The notes under the pieces were generated by a model, which did no database searches, was not told the DNA's origin, and worked only from the letters and a program-made list of their open reading frames with translations. A stretch of DNA of 64,000 nt from Octopus sinensis (lineage: Eukaryota): contig NC_042999.1 in assembly GCF_006345805.1 (NCBI RefSeq), positions 12,276,001 through 12,340,000 on the forward strand, written 5' to 3'. This document shows positions 1-12,926 of this stretch, piece by piece (within the stretch, counting starts at the first letter, position 1; every line of letters begins with the position of its first letter). A program made the translations under genes and the position numbers.

Positions 1-14
1 TCTTGATATATATA

Positions 15-1079
15 TTGAGTTGGTAACTAAGTTTCCAAGGTTTTTTTTAAATTTTGGAATTTGTTGCGTTTTTAAATTTTGGAATTTATTTTTTTCGAGA
101 ATTCCATTTTTGAATCATTTTGGAATATATTTTGGGTTTTTTTCCTAGTTAATTTTAGTTAATTTTTGTTTATTTTCAGATCATTAAAATGGAATGTCAA
201 GTTAAGAAAAATGAGCATTTTTGACACCTATTTGCTTTTAATCAAGGTTCTAAGGCTGCAAAAGCTGCTCGTGACATTTGTGCTGTGTATGGAAAGGGTG
301 GCATAGCTGAAAGAACTGCTCATGATTGGTATGCCAAGTTCAAAAATGGAAATTTTGACCTCAAAGATGCACCTCATTCTGGCCATCCCGTTGAGTTTGA
401 TGAAGAGTGATTAAACCAACTTTTGCACAAAAATTCTCGTCAAACGACAAGGGAACTGGCAGAGAAAATGGAATGCTCCTACACTGCTATAGAGAAGCAT
501 CTTCACTCGATGGGAAAGGTTCAGAAGTATGGAGCATGGGTTCCGTATGCTTTAAGTGACAACAGCAAAAGTCAATGAGCCACAATCTCCGCTGGTTTAC
601 TTGCTCGTCACTGCTCAACTCGTGGACACAAGCAACGATTTCTTTACCGAATCTTTACTGGTAATGAAAAATGGTGCCTGTACAGCAATATGAAGCAGTG
701 TAAGGAATGGCTTAGCCCTGGTAAACAAGCGACACCGTGCATGAAACAAGATCTTCATCCGCGTAAAACGATGTTGTGCATATGGTAAGAGTGGGAAAGG
801 ATTATCCATTGCAAATTGCTTGAACGGAACCAAATAGTCAACATAGAACTCTATGTTGAACAGATGGAACAACACAACACGGCTATTCAAGAGAAGAGAC
901 CTAATCGGCCAGCATTGAGTTCTTCTGTTGCACGACAATGCCCGTCCTCATATCGTCAATATGACCAAGGAAGACATTCAAACGCATGGCTGGGAAGTGC
1001 TGCCACACCCACCGTACTCTCCTGATTTGGCACCAACGGATTTCCACCTCTTTCAAATGCTATGCACAGCATTTCATTA
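15..1079 (+). mobile_element. Decayed mariner (Tc1/mariner, D,D34D) DNA transposon, 3'-truncated at a (GA)n tract
   Basis: TA at 13-14 precedes a TIR-like start TTGAGTTGGTAACTAAG. Transposase begins at ATG 189 with stops and frameshifts. Motifs: WVPYAL (~537), TGNEKW (~658, first catalytic D mutated to N), HDNARPH (~931), HPPYSPDLAPTDFHLF (~1007-1053), with 34 residues between the 2nd and 3rd D. Confidence 0.92.
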
Positions 1080-2764
1080 GAGAGAGAGAGAGAGAGAGAG
1101 AGATAAATGTACACATGCAAAATGAGAGAAAGCAGAAGGTGGAAACTTTGAGATGATGAATTTTTAAGTATCAATATGTAGATATCTATATTAATATGTC
1201 CAACTTACACAGTGTACAAACGACAGAGAAAATTAAAGGAGTGGAAAAAAGGTGTTATAATTCTCATGGCTGTTTCTGGGGGCTCAGTGTTCCATAATAA
1301 TGTTGGTAGATTTAGATAGATGCAATTAACATTGGATGAGATGAGCCTCTCTCATCAGGATAGAGATCTTACATTTTAGATCTAAATGCAGAGAAGTTCA
1401 AAGATGGAATTCCATCTTTGAACTTTGACCTATTAATATTAGTATCTATATATTTATTCTTAAAAATTCATCATCTGAAAGTCTCCACCTTTTGCATGTA
1501 TAAATATATACATATTTTGTATTTTATACCCAAACTAATATATTTAATATATTTGATGTATCTAATTTATCTGCATAATTTTCCTCTATATCTACTCAAC
1601 CTGACCCCTCTTATAGCCTTTCTTTACTCTGTGGAATGATCCCTTGTAAAGACATCGGAGTCTAAGTTTGAATCTTTTAAGCACTACTAAATGTCTTCTA
1701 TATGGAGAATCTGTGGGTCTCATCTGTGGACTATGTGTGTATGTGTGTGCATATAAACCATAGAAGTCTGGAGATATGAGAGATGAATATATATTTATTT
1801 AATCACACAATATCCTTAGGATTACGGCTGCTTTGCAGCATTCTTCATGCTGTATTAGTTTCAGTGTGGAAGAAATTATGCCTACATGTTTGCATTAATA
1901 TGTAAGCTCCACATTATAAAATACAATTGTATAGTCACGAATCAATGGCAGTAAAGAAAGCTAGTTTATGAGACGGCCAGAATAACATGGTTACACCAAT
2001 GATCAGTTCAATGTGTGTGTGTGTGTGTGTTTGACTGCCTCCTTGATTTAACAACAGGGAGTAATTTTAAATGAGTGTTACTGTTATGCAAGAGGGTTTT
2101 TTTATTTCCAGTCTTGCATGTAATCATACCTGGGTATAATGGAATATTACCTTACTTGGAAGCAGGTGAGGTTTGGAGATGGGATAATATACAGTCTCTC
2201 TGATCCAAATTGTTTTTTAAGGTCACATGCAGTGTGGATGGGAAATGCTGTTGAAATGGAAAGGACAAAGCGGAGCAGTGTGGGTTTTGGTTGCAAAATG
2301 CAGGGGTGCATGCGCATGTGCACACACAAACACACACACACACACAACATAGTGGCAGCCCTGTCCACACATTCATGGTCTGGTGCACTCGACACACCAC
2401 TGAATCGACAGAGGTGATCAGTTGGAGGAATGAAGACAGCAAATTAATGTCTTGTTCAACTAAAATGTGTAGATGGTAACGATGATGGCAGCCTAGCAGA
2501 TTAGTCAGATTAGTCAGGTGGTGGAACTGAGACAACACAAATTGCTGTCATTCAAGCAAAGCATGTTTTATACTGAGATTAGTTGATGCAAGAGAAAAAA
2601 AAAAAATCCCTTTTTGCTTATAGTTTGTTGTGGAGAAAGAGAGTGGGAGGTTGAGGGCAGTTTTGAGTTTCGAGTGAAAAGTATTTACTGACCCACTCTT
2701 CACCTGGTTGCTTAAGATCTATCATCAAAATTAGTCCTTTTCAATTAAAGGAATCTATGCATGT

Positions 2765-2990
2765 TTAACCCTTTTCTTACTATATTTCTCATGGAATACA
2801 CAGCTTTTCTTTTAATTACTTTTGAAATAATGAAGAGTTTACTAAAATAATTCTGTTGTTAATCATTTTGATATCTGGAATATCAATCAAGATGAAATTT
2901 TGACAGAAAGTTTAATTTAGATCTCTTTAAAACAGAAAGTTTGCCTCATAGAACCAGGGACAGTCTCAGTTGGGCTGTTCTGATATTAAC
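2765..2990 (+). mobile_element. Short TTAA-CCCTTT-ended MITE-like repeat (piggyBac-like), decayed
   Basis: Starts TTAA|CCCTTTT. Related sequence occurs in reverse orientation at ~43670-43870 and ~52535-52760, the latter ending AAAGGGGTTAA. Confidence 0.45.
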
Positions 2991-3488
2991 CCTTTTGAGC
3001 TCCTTCACGGAATGGTAAAGCACCTCTGCCACCACCATCACATTCAACTAAAACAAAACAAGCTTGATTTGAAATCCATCCATTGTTCCATATTTATAGA
3101 ATACACTTGACTATATAACCATCTTTGGAGAAGAGCTCCCCTCCCCCCCTCAACAAAAGCTAGTCTGTACTTCTCACAATATACCAACTTGCTTTCTTTG
3201 ATCCCCATTTCCTCACCCATTCATACCAACACAGACCATCGCTACGCCAAACGACTGCTTTTCGCATCCTTTGTCTCTCCTTTCCCTTTTCGTTTAGTTT
3301 TTCGATTTTAAGACTCTTTCTTCCCACTCCCCACTTCCACCACATCCACAGTCATCACCTTGCTCATCTCCTTATCTCTGTCAATCGATTGAATTCTCTC
3401 ATACCTATTCACTTCACTCCTAAATCAATATCAATACGAAACGAAGGGCGAAACGGGTGTCAGAAGACAAGCCCGCAGCCAGTCGTAC

Positions 3489-3975
3489 CTGGGTAACGGT
3501 TTTGATATCAAAAGATGACGATTACACGATGAACCATCAAAGCTCCTGAAAATCTGTCTTTCTTGGTGTTTTATCAACACCAGTAGATATGCGATATGGT
3601 GAACGGTGAATTCTCGGTGAACCGGTTTCGATTTCTTGTTGGGATCGGTTCAACCTTAATTCTTCCAGAAAGACTTCTCATATTTCTTTATATTGTAATC
3701 GACACGATATATTAGAAAAAATAATCATCAATATGAACAAGCAAGTGCAAATCAACCGAAGCTGTGAAGTCGATTTTAATTCTTGCACTAACTGTATAAT
3801 TTGCTCTGTTTATTTTCTTGTAGTTACATCCAAAAGTGAGAACAAGACAAAAAAAAAATGAAGATTTAAAAAAATTGATTAAAAGAAATAAATCACGGTA
3901 AGACGATGCGAAGGTAAGGAGAGAGAGAGAGAGAGAGGAAAGAGAAGATCAGAGCGGCGAGAGCGCGCACTCACG
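3489..3975 (-). other. Possible non-coding 5' exon or promoter region of a leftward gene
   Basis: CpG-rich, non-repetitive sequence ending in a minus-strand CAG|GTACGA donor-like site at 3489/3488. All three frames are closed, so it is UTR-like at best. Confidence 0.25.
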
Positions 3976-4233
3976 TATATGTTAGCGTGTGTGTTTGTAT
4001 GAGTGCGTATGCTTGTGTGTGCGCGTGTGTGTGTATATATGTGTGTGTGTGTGTGTATGTAATTGTGTGTGTGTGTGTAATTGTGTGTGTGTGTGTGTGA
4101 TAAATGCAGAGAAAAAGAGAGACAGAAAGGGGAGAGAAAGAGAAGAGATTTGAATGGATGAAAATATGCGAGTAGACTAGAAATTGGTGTTAAATCGAGA
4201 GAAAATATGATAGAATTGAAAAAAATTGTGTGT

Positions 4234-4318
<85 letters not shown>

Positions 4319-4531
4319 GTATGGAAAGAATGAGCGGAAACATGAGAAACCGATAAATAATGATGGAACGATAGATGCTGAAGGTTGAAGTAAAACAATA
4401 TTATATGTGTGTGTGTGTGTGTGTGTGTTTACATATATATATACACACACATATATTTCTATATATACATATACATGTGTGTGCATATATATTTATTTAT
4501 ATATATACATTAGGGTACGTATGTATGTATG

Positions 4532-4564
<33 letters not shown>

Positions 4565-4790
4565 TGTGTGTGTGTGTGTGTGTGTGTGTGTGACAAACAG
4601 GTTTATAGGATAGAAGAGAGAGAGATGATTAACTGATTAAATAATTGTAAGAAAAATGAACTGAAGGAGAATGAGGAAAAGTGAAAGTGGGTTGCTATAG
4701 TAAAAGATAAATGATGATGTTGTGTAAAGGAGAGAGGGGGGAGGAGGAAGAGAGAGAGAGAGAGAGAGTGGTGGCGGGGAATGAAAAGGA
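3918..4790. repeat. Compound microsatellite cluster (GA)n, (GT)n, (TA)n
   Basis: Directly visible, e.g. ~80 bp pure (GA)n at 4236-4315 and (GT)n at 4405-4593. Confidence 0.95.
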
Positions 4791-5184
4791 GGGAGACTAG
4801 TTTAACCCGCGGCCTAACTATTAGGATGAGTCTTAATCGCTTCGTCTGCATCCATACTGTCGGTAAAAAAAACTTAACCCATCTCAGTCGACAGCTGTAG
4901 AGGTTATATTGTTGCCAGCAGTAGTAGCAGGGTTGCAACACACACCTTCGCTCATACTACTATCCATTCCCTTAACACACACAGCCACACACACACTCAC
5001 ACACATACGCACACACACACATACGTGCTCGTATTAACCACAGTTTCAGCGATTGTCTCCTGTGTGGCACACGTTTCTTTTTTTATTCCTCCGGTTCGCT
5101 TCACTCGATTATTTTTGCCATTGAAACGATTCTGCAACTTCTTTTAGAACATCTTCGATTACACCAAACAACACCACCGTCCAA

Positions 5185-6444
5185 ATGGTGACAGCGATTC
5201 CAGAAGTTGGCAGCGATGCTAGCGGCGATCCTTCCATGGACGATGACAAACAGAAGAGAAGAGCTGAAGACGACAACGATGTCGATAACCAGAAGTACAA
5301 CGAAACGAGGAAACGAGGAGTCGAAAGTTCGATTGCCGGTGATTCCACCACCACAACGATCAACTCAAACGATACGGATGCGATTCCCTACCATGAACAA
5401 CCTCCCGAGACCAGAATGGAAGCTTTTGAAAAAGATAAACTGCCATCAATTATTGAAATTAAGCGGAAATTACCAAAGCATTGCTTCGAACCGGTTCTAT
5501 CTCTTTCGCTTTATTATGTTTTCAGAGACTTGGCCATTCTCTTTGTTCTTTATCACATCACAGATTTGTCCTATTATTACCTTCCGTCTTGGCTATTTTG
5601 GTTAGGGGTCACACCTTCTTACTGGTTGGTTCAAGGAACCGTACTGTTTGGAGTATTCGTTCTTGGACATGATTGCGGTCACGGTTCGTTTTCTCGGTAT
5701 CAGCTGTTTAACGATATCATAGGAACACTGTTACATACCATTCTTTTAGTACCTTATTATGCATGGAAACTATCGCACCGAAACCATCACAAAAACACGG
5801 GTAATTTCGAAAAAGATGAGGTTTTCTATCCGATCGAAGAATCAATAAAGAAAGACAGGGTTTTAATCCCTGGCTTTGGACTCGGCATCGGTTGGTTTAT
5901 TTATTTGGCTGAAGGATACAGCCCGAGACGGGTCTTCCATTTCAACCCTTTTGAAACTTTATTCAAAAAACACATCATGGCTATTTATATATCCATTATA
6001 ACAATTCTCGGATGGCTGACGTGTTTGTACTATTATTATTTGCAACGAGGATTCTGTAATATCATTTACTTCTATTTCGTCCCAATTTTCGTGTATGCTT
6101 CTTGGCTAGTCATTTGTACATTCCTGCATCACAACGACTCGGGTATTCCCTGGTATAAGAGCGAAGAGTGGACCTACGTTCGCGGTCAGCTTTCCAGCGT
6201 CGATCGTAATTACGGTTGGGCGCACGACCTCACCCATTCCATCGACACCCACCAAGTACATCACCTCTTTCCTTCGATGCCTCATTATTACCTGGACGAA
6301 GCGACCAAATGCTTTCGCAAGGCTTTCCCTCAGCTTGTCAGAATCAACAACGAACGCATAATTCCGACCTTCATCACTACCTACTTTAAGTTTGCACGCG
6401 ATTCTTATGTGAAAAAGGATTCCTTAATACATTGGTATAAATAG
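5185..6444 (+). CDS. Methyl-end (omega-x; delta-12/omega-3-type) fatty acid desaturase, 419 aa, intronless CDS
   Basis: Open 419-aa ORF with three His boxes in desaturase spacing: HDCGH (aa162-166), HRNHH (aa198-202), HQVHH (aa356-360). Family motifs LPKHCF, LLVPYYAWKLSH, TFLHH, WTYVRGQLSSVDRNYG and HHLFPSMPHY, plus hydrophobic TM segments. No cytochrome b5 domain, so not a front-end desaturase. Confidence 0.97.
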   Translation: MVTAIPEVGSDASGDPSMDDDKQKRRAEDDNDVDNQKYNETRKRGVESSIAGDSTTTTINSNDTDAIPYHEQPPETRMEAFEKDKLPSIIEIKRKLPKHCFEPVLSLSLYYVFRDLAILFVLYHITDLSYYYLPSWLFWLGVTPSYWLVQGTVLFGVFVLGHDCGHGSFSRYQLFNDIIGTLLHTILLVPYYAWKLSHRNHHKNTGNFEKDEVFYPIEESIKKDRVLIPGFGLGIGWFIYLAEGYSPRRVFHFNPFETLFKKHIMAIYISIITILGWLTCLYYYYLQRGFCNIIYFYFVPIFVYASWLVICTFLHHNDSGIPWYKSEEWTYVRGQLSSVDRNYGWAHDLTHSIDTHQVHHLFPSMPHYYLDEATKCFRKAFPQLVRINNERIIPTFITTYFKFARDSYVKKDSLIHWYK

Positions 6445-6464
6445 AAACCCAGAAGCACTGCAAC

Positions 6465-6688
6465 TATTATTATTATTATTATTATTATTATTGTTGTTAT
6501 TATTATTATTACAATTGTATAGATGATTCCCTTTCTAAGTAAACACTTTTGTTATATACATTCTCACACACTTACACAGGTATATGTGCACGTACATATG
6601 TGTGCATAAAACACACACACACACATTTACATATATATATACACATATACATATATATATATATATATGTACGTATGTAAAAATGTAT

Positions 6689-6725
<37 letters not shown>

Positions 6726-7478
6726 GCCATATATATATATATGCCATGTATATAGACATATTTCTATATAAAATGAATGTATACAGGTATATACATAAAT
6801 GTATGTATATAGACACACACGCACACACACACACCACACACACACACACACACTCACATACATGTATATAAATTAATATATACATGTACATACAGATAAA
6901 CATCTATACACAACTCAGTATCAAAGACTGACATGTATCGAAATAGAAAATTTCTGAAATTAATTAATTGATTAAGAAAAAAAAAAAATGATTACCTGCC
7001 AAAAAATTCTAATTTCAAATCAGGGAAATGTGATCGACAATGAATATATAATGTGAATGACATGTAAGTCTGGGAAAGGAAGAAAACCCACCCAGATGGA
7101 TAAGTGGAGAAGTGAAAGTTAAAAAAAGGAGGAAAAGAGATTCTACCATCAAGATGCAGCTAACCAAACAGATGTGAACCCGGTCAGCAAGGAAAGCGAG
7201 AGGAGCCAGAGGTAAACTGACCACAGGGGAAATGGAAAATTAAATTTAAGACAAATATATACATGTGTGTGCATATATATGTATGTGTGTGTGTGTGTAT
7301 GTTTGTGTGTGTGTATATACATACATTTATATATATATATAATATATGTATGTATGTATATGTATATGTATATATATATATATACGTGTGTGTGTGTGTG
7401 TATGTATTCGGGAACAAAATATATCTTAAAACCCATTTTTTTATGAAATTCAACTTATTCATTCTTTTTGACTGTTAA

Positions 7479-7525
<47 letters not shown>

Positions 7526-7620
7526 ATATCGTTTGTAGAAATACATAAATCCGGAGAAGCACAGGCACTCATGCATGCATGTGTGTGTGTGTGTGTGTGT
7601 GTGCGTGTGTGTGTGTGTAA
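6465..7620. repeat. Microsatellite cluster (TAT)n, (CA)n, (TA)n, (GT)n downstream of the desaturase
   Basis: Directly visible. Confidence 0.9.
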
Positions 7621-7758
7621 CATTTTCCAGAACAATATGTAATTATTCGAGGCTAAAAAAATTTCCATTTTCAAAAGCTTTTTTACCAATTTCGAATTTT
7701 TATTTCTTTTTAATTCTTAATTTAAACTTTTTTCGTTTACATAGTTTGTATGTGTTCA

Positions 7759-7838
7759 TAAAAGAGTAAAAAGAGTAAAAGAGTAAAAAGAGTAAAAAGA
7801 GTAAAAAGAGTAAAAGAGTAAAAAGAGTAAAAAGAGTC
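7759..7838 (+). repeat. Tandem repeat of (A)AAAAGAGT, about 9 copies
   Basis: Directly visible. The same motif (CTCTTTTA on the plus strand) forms the tail of the SINE at 19318. Confidence 0.85.
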
Positions 7839-8334
7839 TATGCGTGTATTTGAACACTATGAGAATGTGTGTGTGTGTGTTCCTTTATTTTTAGACTATT
7901 TTAACCATCAGGTCATCAATGTGGAAGCCCTGGATTGCCAATTTCCTTTTAATCAGTTATCGATTTTCAAAGAATTCCATATGTTGTTGATGGCAGAATT
8001 AAGTGATTAAGAAAAAAAAACAAAAAGAAAGAGAAAAGCATGCTGCCGCCCGGCACCGTCTACCGAGGCCAACTTTGTATTTCATTCTTCTAGGGTCGTG
8101 AAATAAGAACCAGATCAGCACCAGGGGTCAATGGAATCGACAAGCCCCCCCCCACCAAATTTCTGTCTTTCTGCTTAAAGTAGTAAGGATTATGCTAATA
8201 GGAGAGATCATCGTCGTCATCCTCCTCCTCCTTCTCATCATCATCATCATCATCATCATTAATACAAAAATAGGATTAAAATGCTTTAGTATGTTTAATT
8301 TCGACTCTGTATTCTTATTTCAAATCCTATGATG

Positions 8335-8615
8335 ATGACATTTGCATTCATCCTTTCGGGGTCGATAAATAAAGTACCATTTGAATACTGGAGTTGACGT
8401 AATCGACTACCTCCCTCCTCGAAATAGCTGGCATTGTGCCAAAAATTTGAAATCTTTATTATTGGCGAGCTGGCAGAACCATTATAGCATCTTCTCGACG
8501 ATCTGAGTTCAAATCACCACGAGGTCAACTTTTACCCATATGAGAGCGAGAAAATGAAGTACCAGTTAACTACGGGGGTCGATGCTAGCTTTGTGCCGAA
8601 GCTCGAAGCAATTAT
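8335..8615 (+). mobile_element. Two decayed tRNA-derived SINE copies (family A)
   Basis: GGCGAGCTGGCAGAA head, GAGTTCAAATC B-box, and CATCCTTTCGGGGTCGATAAA..AAGTACCA body shared with the intact copy at 26503. Confidence 0.75.
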
Positions 8616-8929
8616 TTTATTACCGTTCGTTCTTTCTCTATTGTATACACAACCATTCTTAAAAAATTCTAACCCCATGGCGTGAAGAAGAGTGCGAAAA
8701 CGTGTCAGTGGTAAATCTGAAGGTTTTTCACTTGGAATAATTTCGTTTTAAATGTACGTCACCGTTCTGAGTACAACTGAGATATATTGCAAAGAAATTA
8801 GAAGTCATTGATCATGATTATCAACTGCAATCGAAAAATAGGCAATATAAGGGAAATAGACGTTTAATGAAAATATTAAAAAAAAAAGAAATGCTACGAT
8901 ATTTGTATGATAGATCGCGGTGATCTATA

Positions 8930-9380
<451 letters not shown>

Positions 9381-11788
9381 TTGCTTAGCACAATGGCACT
9401 CTATTGCAATGAGATCAAGCTGGTACAGTACAAAGTTACAATAATCTATAAAAACGTTTCTACTGTGCAGCCTACGATGGTTGTGAGTGATGCTATGTAA
9501 GGCGATGGTAGCCAGGAATAGTGTGAAGAGTCTTATAATAGCAATACTTGTATCGAGGTAGCTGCTCAGCTCTGGCATTTCTTAATCAATCCTGTTTTGT
9601 CCATATGGTGGTGTTTGGTAAATATATTAGTAATGTCACAAACAATGGAATATCTTTATGTGATATGTCCCTTTTGATAATGGTTATTTTTGTTTAAAAA
9701 TGAATAAACGATCATGAATATGGTTTAAGAAAAAAAGCAACGAAGAAATGGAATCGGGGAGGGAAAGACAAAAGCGAGAGGAATAAAAGAAAAAGGGAAA
9801 CGAAAGAGAAGTTCGAGAAGGAGATGTGATGTAGGTTAAGAGAAAGATAAGAAGAAAAAAGGAAAAAGGTAAACCAGCAGAAAAGGGAGAATAGAAAGAG
9901 CGATAGATTGGCATCAGTTTTATTAATGAAAAGGTAAAAATAGTAACGATGGACTCGTCAGATGCCTTCATTGATTGCACTAATGAGAGAATGCGAAAAG
10001 ACATTTGGCACAATCTCCGTCAGACACACATTTAATTAGATAAAAACACGTGGATGCGGCCACATGTAAGCATCCGCATTTGTGGACGTGTGCACCTTTG
10101 TGTGTGTGTGCGTGCGTGCGCGATAATGTAACACCTTTTCTTTCACATCAATTCTTATATAGATAGATAGATAGATAGATAGATATATTTATTTATTCAT
10201 TTATATCACGTTTATATAATTTGTAAGCATTCTCTTACATTCTAACGCAACTCTGTCTTCGGTCATAAATAGATACATTTTACAGCATCCGTCGTCCTGT
10301 TCAGACGTTTTATTGATTTTGATGATGTCGGGTATCGATGATATTAAATGAATAAATAGGTAAATGGGGTCCCACTCACCAAAATGAAAACAAAGTAAAT
10401 AACCACCACCACCACTACTACTACCACTACTACTACTACCACCACTACTACTACGTTGCGAATAGAGAGATAGGAAAAGCAAAGAGAGATGTAGTGCAGG
10501 TATGAAAAGAAACGAGTAGTGTGTGTGTGTGTGTTTCCCCCCCCAGCCAAGGTCCGTGCCATTCAACAGCTGCAGGCTTATCAAAGAATAACAATGTTCA
10601 ATTGAATTGTTTACCTAATCTTCTTCTCTGGTTACCAGTCCTTTCTCTCACTCTCCTTGCTCTTCGTTGTAGTAGACACGATTGACGTACAAATCCGTTC
10701 GGCTGGAGAGCCACGAGATCGAAAGTGAAAAGGAACATTTAAAAAAAATTAACTTAGACAAATAGTTGATAAATGGGTTCTAAATGAAATGCAAGTTGTT
10801 TATGTCCCGAGTTCCATTAGATTGTGAAACACAATATTTGAAATCAAAGCGTGTTTGAATGGTCGGGAACCTGCGAGTGGAATGGGGGCATGCAATGGAT
10901 ATCTGGGGGCAAAAGTGCGCGAATTTATAAACTTGCGTTTCCGTGTGTATTCATATCTATTAATCGTCTTCAGAACTGACATTTAACGCAGTAAAATATT
11001 GGTTTATTTCGATCTCTTAAGTCTGTTTTTATATTTACAAGGAAACAACTACAGTACTTTGCGGTTGTACTTTTACGTTTACGATTCCATTCGTTATAAA
11101 ATGTATATTAGCTATTACATACAGAGCTGTCGTCTTAATTAAGGAACGGATGGAGCGAAACTCGCGTTCTAAAAGAAAATGGTGGGGGTGGGGATTGCAT
11201 CCCTTAATTGGAATAATAATTCCTACCCCAACATAGGCCTCATTTGTGTTTATAGATATCGCAGGGACGTTTAGATGTTCGTGGTAGGTTGAAAGTACAG
11301 AAAAAACGAAAACTTCAGAATAGGTTTAGGGTCCCCCAATGGTAGAGAAAAGGAATAAAAGGAGTATGAAACTTATGGAACATAATATTTCTTTGATAAA
11401 ATCAAATTTATTCACGGTTGGGTAAGTGGGTTGTAACCATAACTTACCAAACAGGGGGTTATAATCATGACTGTTTGATTTTGAGGACATCCCAGGTGTC
11501 CAAAGAGTCACAAGATCACTCTGTGAGACCAAAAGTTTTGGGATTAAGTTTGTCAAAATGGTCAGCCTTGTAACTGATTTGTATGTATGTCATTGTTCAG
11601 TTTTATTTCAAGATTTCTTGCCAATAGAGAAAGTGCTGGTTTCTAACCTAGATTTAAGGTGCCTTCACTGAAATTTCAACATCAACAGGATATTTGTATG
11701 TGTGTATGTATGTGTGAAGATTTGTCTATTTTGCTTTATGTATGTATTCTCATGCATATAGTTGCATATCTAGACATGGTCATATATG

Positions 11789-12926
11789 TTCCAGGGAGAC
11801 AAACTAGAAGTAGTTGATAGCTTCCGCTACCTAGGTGACCAAGTCAGTAGCGGGGGTGGGTGTGCTGAAAGTGTAACGGCTAGAGTAAGAATAGCCTGGG
11901 CAAAGTTTAGAGAGCTCTTACCCTGCTGGTGACAAAAGGCCTCTCGCTCAGAGTAAAAGGCAGACTGTATGATGCATGTGTACGTACAGCCATGCTACAT
12001 GGTAGTGAAACATGGGCCATGACTGCTGAGGATATGCGTAAGCTCGCAAGAAATGAAGCCAGTATGCTCCGATGGATGTGTAACGTCAGTGTTCATAATC
12101 GACAGAGTGTAAGTACCTTGAGAGAAAAGTTGAACTTAAGAAGCATCAGTTGTGGTGTGCAAGAGAGACGGCTGTACTGGTATGGTCATGTGACGAGAAT
12201 GGCTGAAGATAGTTGTGTGCAAAAGTCCTACACCCTAGCAGTTGAGGGAACCTGTGGAAGAGGTAGACCCAGGAAAACCTGGGACGAGGTGGTGAAGCAC
12301 GACCTTCGAACTTTAGGTCTCACCAAGGAAATGACTAGAGACCGAGACCTATGGAAGTATGCTATGCGTGAGAAGACCCGGCAAGCCAAGTGAGGCCATA
12401 ACCTGTGGCCCCTACCCGGGACGTAGTCAGTCCACCTGTGCATACCTTCCTTCTTGTGACACTTGTGAAGACCTGTTGAGGCAAGTGAAAATCAAAATCA
12501 AACCAAATCAAATAGATGAACATCAATGGAATTTGTATCTTTGTGGTACCAGTGCTGGTGGCACATAAGAAAACCATCCGAACGTGGCTGTAGCCAGTAC
12601 CGCATCGACTGGCCTCCGTACTGTGGGCATGTAACAAACACCATCCGATCGTGGCCATTCACCAGCCTCGTCTGGCACCTGTGTCGGTGGCACATAAAAA
12701 ACACCATCCGAGTGTGGCCGTCTGCCAGCCTCGTCTGGCACCTGTATCAGTGGCACATAAAATCACCCACTACACTCTCAGAGTGGTTGGCGTTAGGAAG
12801 AGCATCCAGCTGTAGAAACACTGTCAGATCTGACTGGCCTGGTGCAGCCTTCGGGCCCGCCAGACCCCAGTTGAACCGTCCAACCCATGCTAGCATGGAA
12901 AGCGGACGTTAAACGACGATGATGAT
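11789..12926 (+). mobile_element. RTE-clade LINE, 5'-truncated: RT C-terminus, long 3' UTR, (GAT)n tail
   Basis: FQGDKLEVVDSFRYLGD..RIAWAKFRELL..GRLYDACVRTAMLHGSETW..RRLYWYGHVTRM..GRGRPRKTWDEVV, stop at 12393. The 3' UTR has internal ~59-bp repeats and ends CATGCTAGCATGGAAAGCGGACGTTAAAC(GAT)n. Confidence 0.92.

Noticed and set aside
1270-1363. Minus-strand CTGATGA..GGCTCA/TGAGCC..GAAAC hammerhead-like motif
   Set aside because: Helix III, the UH site and the helix I partner cannot be formed; at most a heavily decayed copy.
5207-5672. Overlapping ORFs 5207-5605 and 5481-5672 (+) and 5109-5363 (-)
   Set aside because: Alternative frames of the desaturase CDS with no recognisable motifs.
10925-10980. 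Minus-strand CTGAAGA..GAAAC-GCAA-GT motif
   Set aside because: No helix I pairing and only a 2-bp helix II; likely chance.
10800-10982. 60-aa minus-strand ORF in CpG-rich unique DNA
   Set aside because: Short with no recognisable domain; more likely promoter or UTR sequence.
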